This document shows positions 61,538-64,000 of a stretch of DNA of 64,000 nucleotides, piece by piece. Made by a program: the position numbers and the translations under genes. Each line of letters begins with the position of its first letter. Within the stretch, counting starts at the first letter, position 1. This DNA comes from an uncultured beta proteobacterium (lineage in GTDB: Bacteria > Pseudomonadota > Gammaproteobacteria > Burkholderiales > SG8-39): positions 987,304-1,051,303 of the forward strand of contig CAWEPV010000013.1 in the NCBI GenBank assembly GCA_963811085.1, written 5' to 3'. The notes under the pieces were generated by a model. It was given only the letters and a program-made list of their open reading frames with translations, was not told where the DNA came from and ran no database searches.

Positions 61538-64000
61538 GCCGGAAGCTGGTAGCCCTTGTCGCCGAACAGCCGCAGGCAGGCGTCCACGGCGTCCGCATCG
61601 AAGAGCTGGCCGCGTCCGTTGGCGATCTCTTCCAGCGCGGCGTCCAGGCCGCGCGCCGGACGGTAAGGACGGTGCGAGCCCATCGACTCGACGACGTCGG
61701 CAACCGCAAGGATGCGCGCCTCGAGGATGATCTGCTCGCCCTTGAGGCCCTGCGGGTAGCCGCTGCCGTCGAGGCGCTCGTGGTGCTGCCGCGCCACTTC
61801 GGCGATCGGCCAGGGGAAGCGGATGTCCTTCAGGATGTCGTATCCGGACTGCGCGTGCATCTTGACGATCTCGTACTCCGCCGGCTGAAGGCGCGTCGGC
61901 TTGGACAGGATTTCGGCCGGCACCGAGATCTTGCCGATGTCGTGCAGGCTGCCGGCGATGTCCAGTCCGCGGCAGCGCTCGGCGTCCAGCCCCATCTCGT
62001 CGGCGATCGCCGCCGCGAGCTTGCCGACCCGGAGTTCGTGGCCCGCCGTGTAGGGGTCGCGGATCTCGACCATCGTCGACACCGCCCTGATGGTGCCGGT
62101 CATGGTTTCCTCGAGCTGCGCCATGTACTCTCGCACGCGATTGCCCGAAGTCTTGTACTCGGAGATGTCTTCTACCTGGACCACCAGGTGGCGCAGCTTG
62201 CCCAGCGAATCGCAGACGCGCGCGGCGTTGGCCCTGATCCAGACCGTCCGTCCGTCCTTGCGCACGATCTGTCCCTCGGTGCGCACGGCCTCGCGCTCAC
62301 CACTGAGCATCTGCGCGAACAGCTTCAGCAGCGGCTCGACACTTTTCGGCGCAAGGAACTTCTGGAACGGCTCGCCGACCAGCTCGGCTGCAGGGTATCC
62401 CGTGATGGCGCAGATCGAGCGATTGACTTTAACGGTGCGCCCGTCGGTCCCAATGAGGACGATGCCGATGCTGGCGCTTTCGAACGCCTGCTTGAACTGC
62501 TCTTCGCTGTCGAGCAGTTTGCGCTCGGCCTCGAGCCGGCGGTCGTTTTCGGCGAAGCGCCCCATGGCAAAGCCCACGTCGCGCGCCGTCTGCTCGAACA
62601 GCTGCACGATTTCGGCGTCGAAGAAGCCGGGAATCGCCGAGTTGTAGCTCAGGGTGCCGACAATCTCGTCCTCGACCCGCAAAGGAAAGGCCGCCGACGT
62701 CGCGACGCGCAATTCCCTCGCGGCCGCGCGCCATGGTTCGAGGGCGGGATCATGCATGAAGTCTTCAATGATGACTGTGCGGCCCTCGCGGATCGCTGTC
62801 CCGATCGGGCCACGGCCGCGCGGGTCATTGGCGTCGGTGCTGATGTCGGCGTTCGCCAGATAGGTCTCGAGCCCGCGTGACATGGCGACCGGCCGGACTT
62901 TGCCGCTCCCCTTCTCGACCATGCTGATCCAGGCGCCAACCAGACCGCCTTCGTCGACCGCGACGCGGCAGGTCTCACGCATCACTTCGTCCAGCGAGTT
63001 CGAACGCACCAGTGCTTCGTTGGTTTGCCACAGGGTCTGATACAGGCGATTGAGCGATTGAATGCGCGCTTCCGTGCTCTTGCGCGCCGAGATATCGTGA
63101 GCGACAGCGTGAAAAAAGCCGCGCCCGTCGACTTCGAAGTAGCGCGCGCTGATCTCGACCGGAAAGGTCGAGCCGTCCGCCCGCTGGTGGACAGACTCGA
63201 ACATCAGCTCGCCGCGCTTCTCGATTTCGCGCTTGTCACGTGCCAGTGATTCGAGCGAGTCGGGAGCCCGCAGCTCCGCAATGCGCTTGCCGAGCAGCGC
63301 TGAGTGCGGGTACCCGTATATTGATACGGCCCGCTCGTTCGCTTCGAGGATCCGCCCGTCGGCGTCGTACAGAAAGGTCGGGTCGCGCGCGTAGGGCGCC
63401 AGCTGTCGGAAGTGTTCCTCGAGCGCGGCGCGCTCGAGCGCAGCCTTTTGCTGGAACAGCACGTCCGCGAACTGCCGACGGCGCTCGAGCCAGAACACCG
63501 CCAGGGCGGCGAGCGTGATCAGCAGCACCGCCCACGCGGCGATGATCTGTGTGCTCCGCGTCAGCGGCGCGAGCGCCTCGGCGCGATCGATCTTCACCAG
63601 AATACGCCAGTCGGTCCCGCTGATCGGTGCGTAGGCATAAAGCACCGGCACGCCGCGGCGATCGACGCCTTCGGCTACGCCGTGCCGGCCCTTGAGTGCC
63701 AACATGGCGGGAAGGTCGCGCCTATGCAGCGCGACCGGTGGCGACGCGCCCTCCGTGCCGCGCCTGAGCGGGCTGAGGTGCACCACGGTGTTGCCCTGGG
63801 TGCGGATGAGCACGCTTTCGCTGGAGCTGAAGCTGGACAGCGGATCCTCCAGCAGCGAGTACAGCACGTGGCGCGGGTCCCAGTACAAGACGATGACGTC
63901 CTCGCTAACGCGCGCCGCTGCTTCGAGCTCGCGGCTCGGCACCACGAATGCCAGGCGCAGGCCTGTGCCCGCGCCGAAGCGCTGCGGCCCGAGCATCACC
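61534..64000 (-). CDS. PAS/GAF-containing HD-GYP phosphodiesterase (c-di-GMP), N-terminus possibly beyond the window end
   Basis: C-terminal HD-GYP domain (GHELRVGKLAAAIADEMG...LHDIGKISVPAEIL...HHERLDGSGYPQGL); upstream GAF and PAS regions and a TM segment (IIAAWAVLLITLAALAVFWL). Confidence 0.8.
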   Translation of the reverse strand, partial: VMLGPQRFGAGTGLRLAFVVPSRELEAAARVSEDVIVLYWDPRHVLYSLLEDPLSSFSSSESVLIRTQGNTVVHLSPLRRGTEGASPPVALHRRDLPAMLALKGRHGVAEGVDRRGVPVLYAYAPISGTDWRILVKIDRAEALAPLTRSTQIIAAWAVLLITLAALAVFWLERRRQFADVLFQQKAALERAALEEHFRQLAPYARDPTFLYDADGRILEANERAVSIYGYPHSALLGKRIAELRAPDSLESLARDKREIEKRGELMFESVHQRADGSTFPVEISARYFEVDGRGFFHAVAHDISARKSTEARIQSLNRLYQTLWQTNEALVRSNSLDEVMRETCRVAVDEGGLVGAWISMVEKGSGKVRPVAMSRGLETYLANADISTDANDPRGRGPIGTAIREGRTVIIEDFMHDPALEPWRAAARELRVATSAAFPLRVEDEIVGTLSYNSAIPGFFDAEIVQLFEQTARDVGFAMGRFAENDRRLEAERKLLDSEEQFKQAFESASIGIVLIGTDGRTVKVNRSICAITGYPAAELVGEPFQKFLAPKSVEPLLKLFAQMLSGEREAVRTEGQIVRKDGRTVWIRANAARVCDSLGKLRHLVVQVEDISEYKTSGNRVREYMAQLEETMTGTIRAVSTMVEIRDPYTAGHELRVGKLAAAIADEMGLDAERCRGLDIAGSLHDIGKISVPAEILSKPTRLQPAEYEIVKMHAQSGYDILKDIRFPWPIAEVARQHHERLDGSGYPQGLKGEQIILEARILAVADVVESMGSHRPYRPARGLDAALEEIANGRGQLFDADAVDACLRLFGDKGYQLPA

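Overview
This is a high-G+C (about two-thirds G+C by eye) proteobacterial chromosome segment. Gene order resembles a betaproteobacterium of the Rhodocyclales/Burkholderiales type. Conserved blocks are metX; gshB with an incomplete regulatory PTS (EIIA-Man, HPr, EI); maf-rng; and the run rlmH-rsfS-nadD-proA-holA-lptE-leuS, whose genes overlap at ATGA/GTGA junctions. Most of the window is housekeeping and dense on both strands. The many extra six-frame ORFs are stop-free opposite-strand or out-of-frame artefacts of the G+C content. Two tRNA-type elements are present: tRNA-Arg(CCG) at 6009-6085 and a degenerate tRNA-like element at 30601-30675. Three stretches look accessory or rearranged. (1) 30.1-33.2 kb is an 870-bp structured non-coding region containing a promoter-to-terminator small-RNA candidate and the tRNA-like element. 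It is followed by a LuxR-type HTH-only regulator and an unusual multi-repeat SPFH/band-7 protein. (2) 45.8-49.9 kb has a low-G+C leader, an autoinducer-synthase-like N-acyltransferase and a 7TMR-DISM-PAS-GGDEF-EAL membrane sensor. (3) 52.5-61.6 kb is a decaying, island-like segment: a Cro-like HTH reads in frame into a frameshifted class-V aminotransferase; a 70-bp copy of that gene's 3' end recurs 6.3 kb downstream; between the copies lie a metF 3' fragment, a Sel1-repeat Ser/Thr kinase, a lipoprotein and a large MalT-like ATPase/TPR regulator carrying a C-terminal SARP (wHTH+BTAD) module; beyond them come a frameshifted M48 protease, a CHASE2 fragment and a PAS/GAF HD-GYP phosphodiesterase. 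No CRISPR array, integrase or transposase was recognised.
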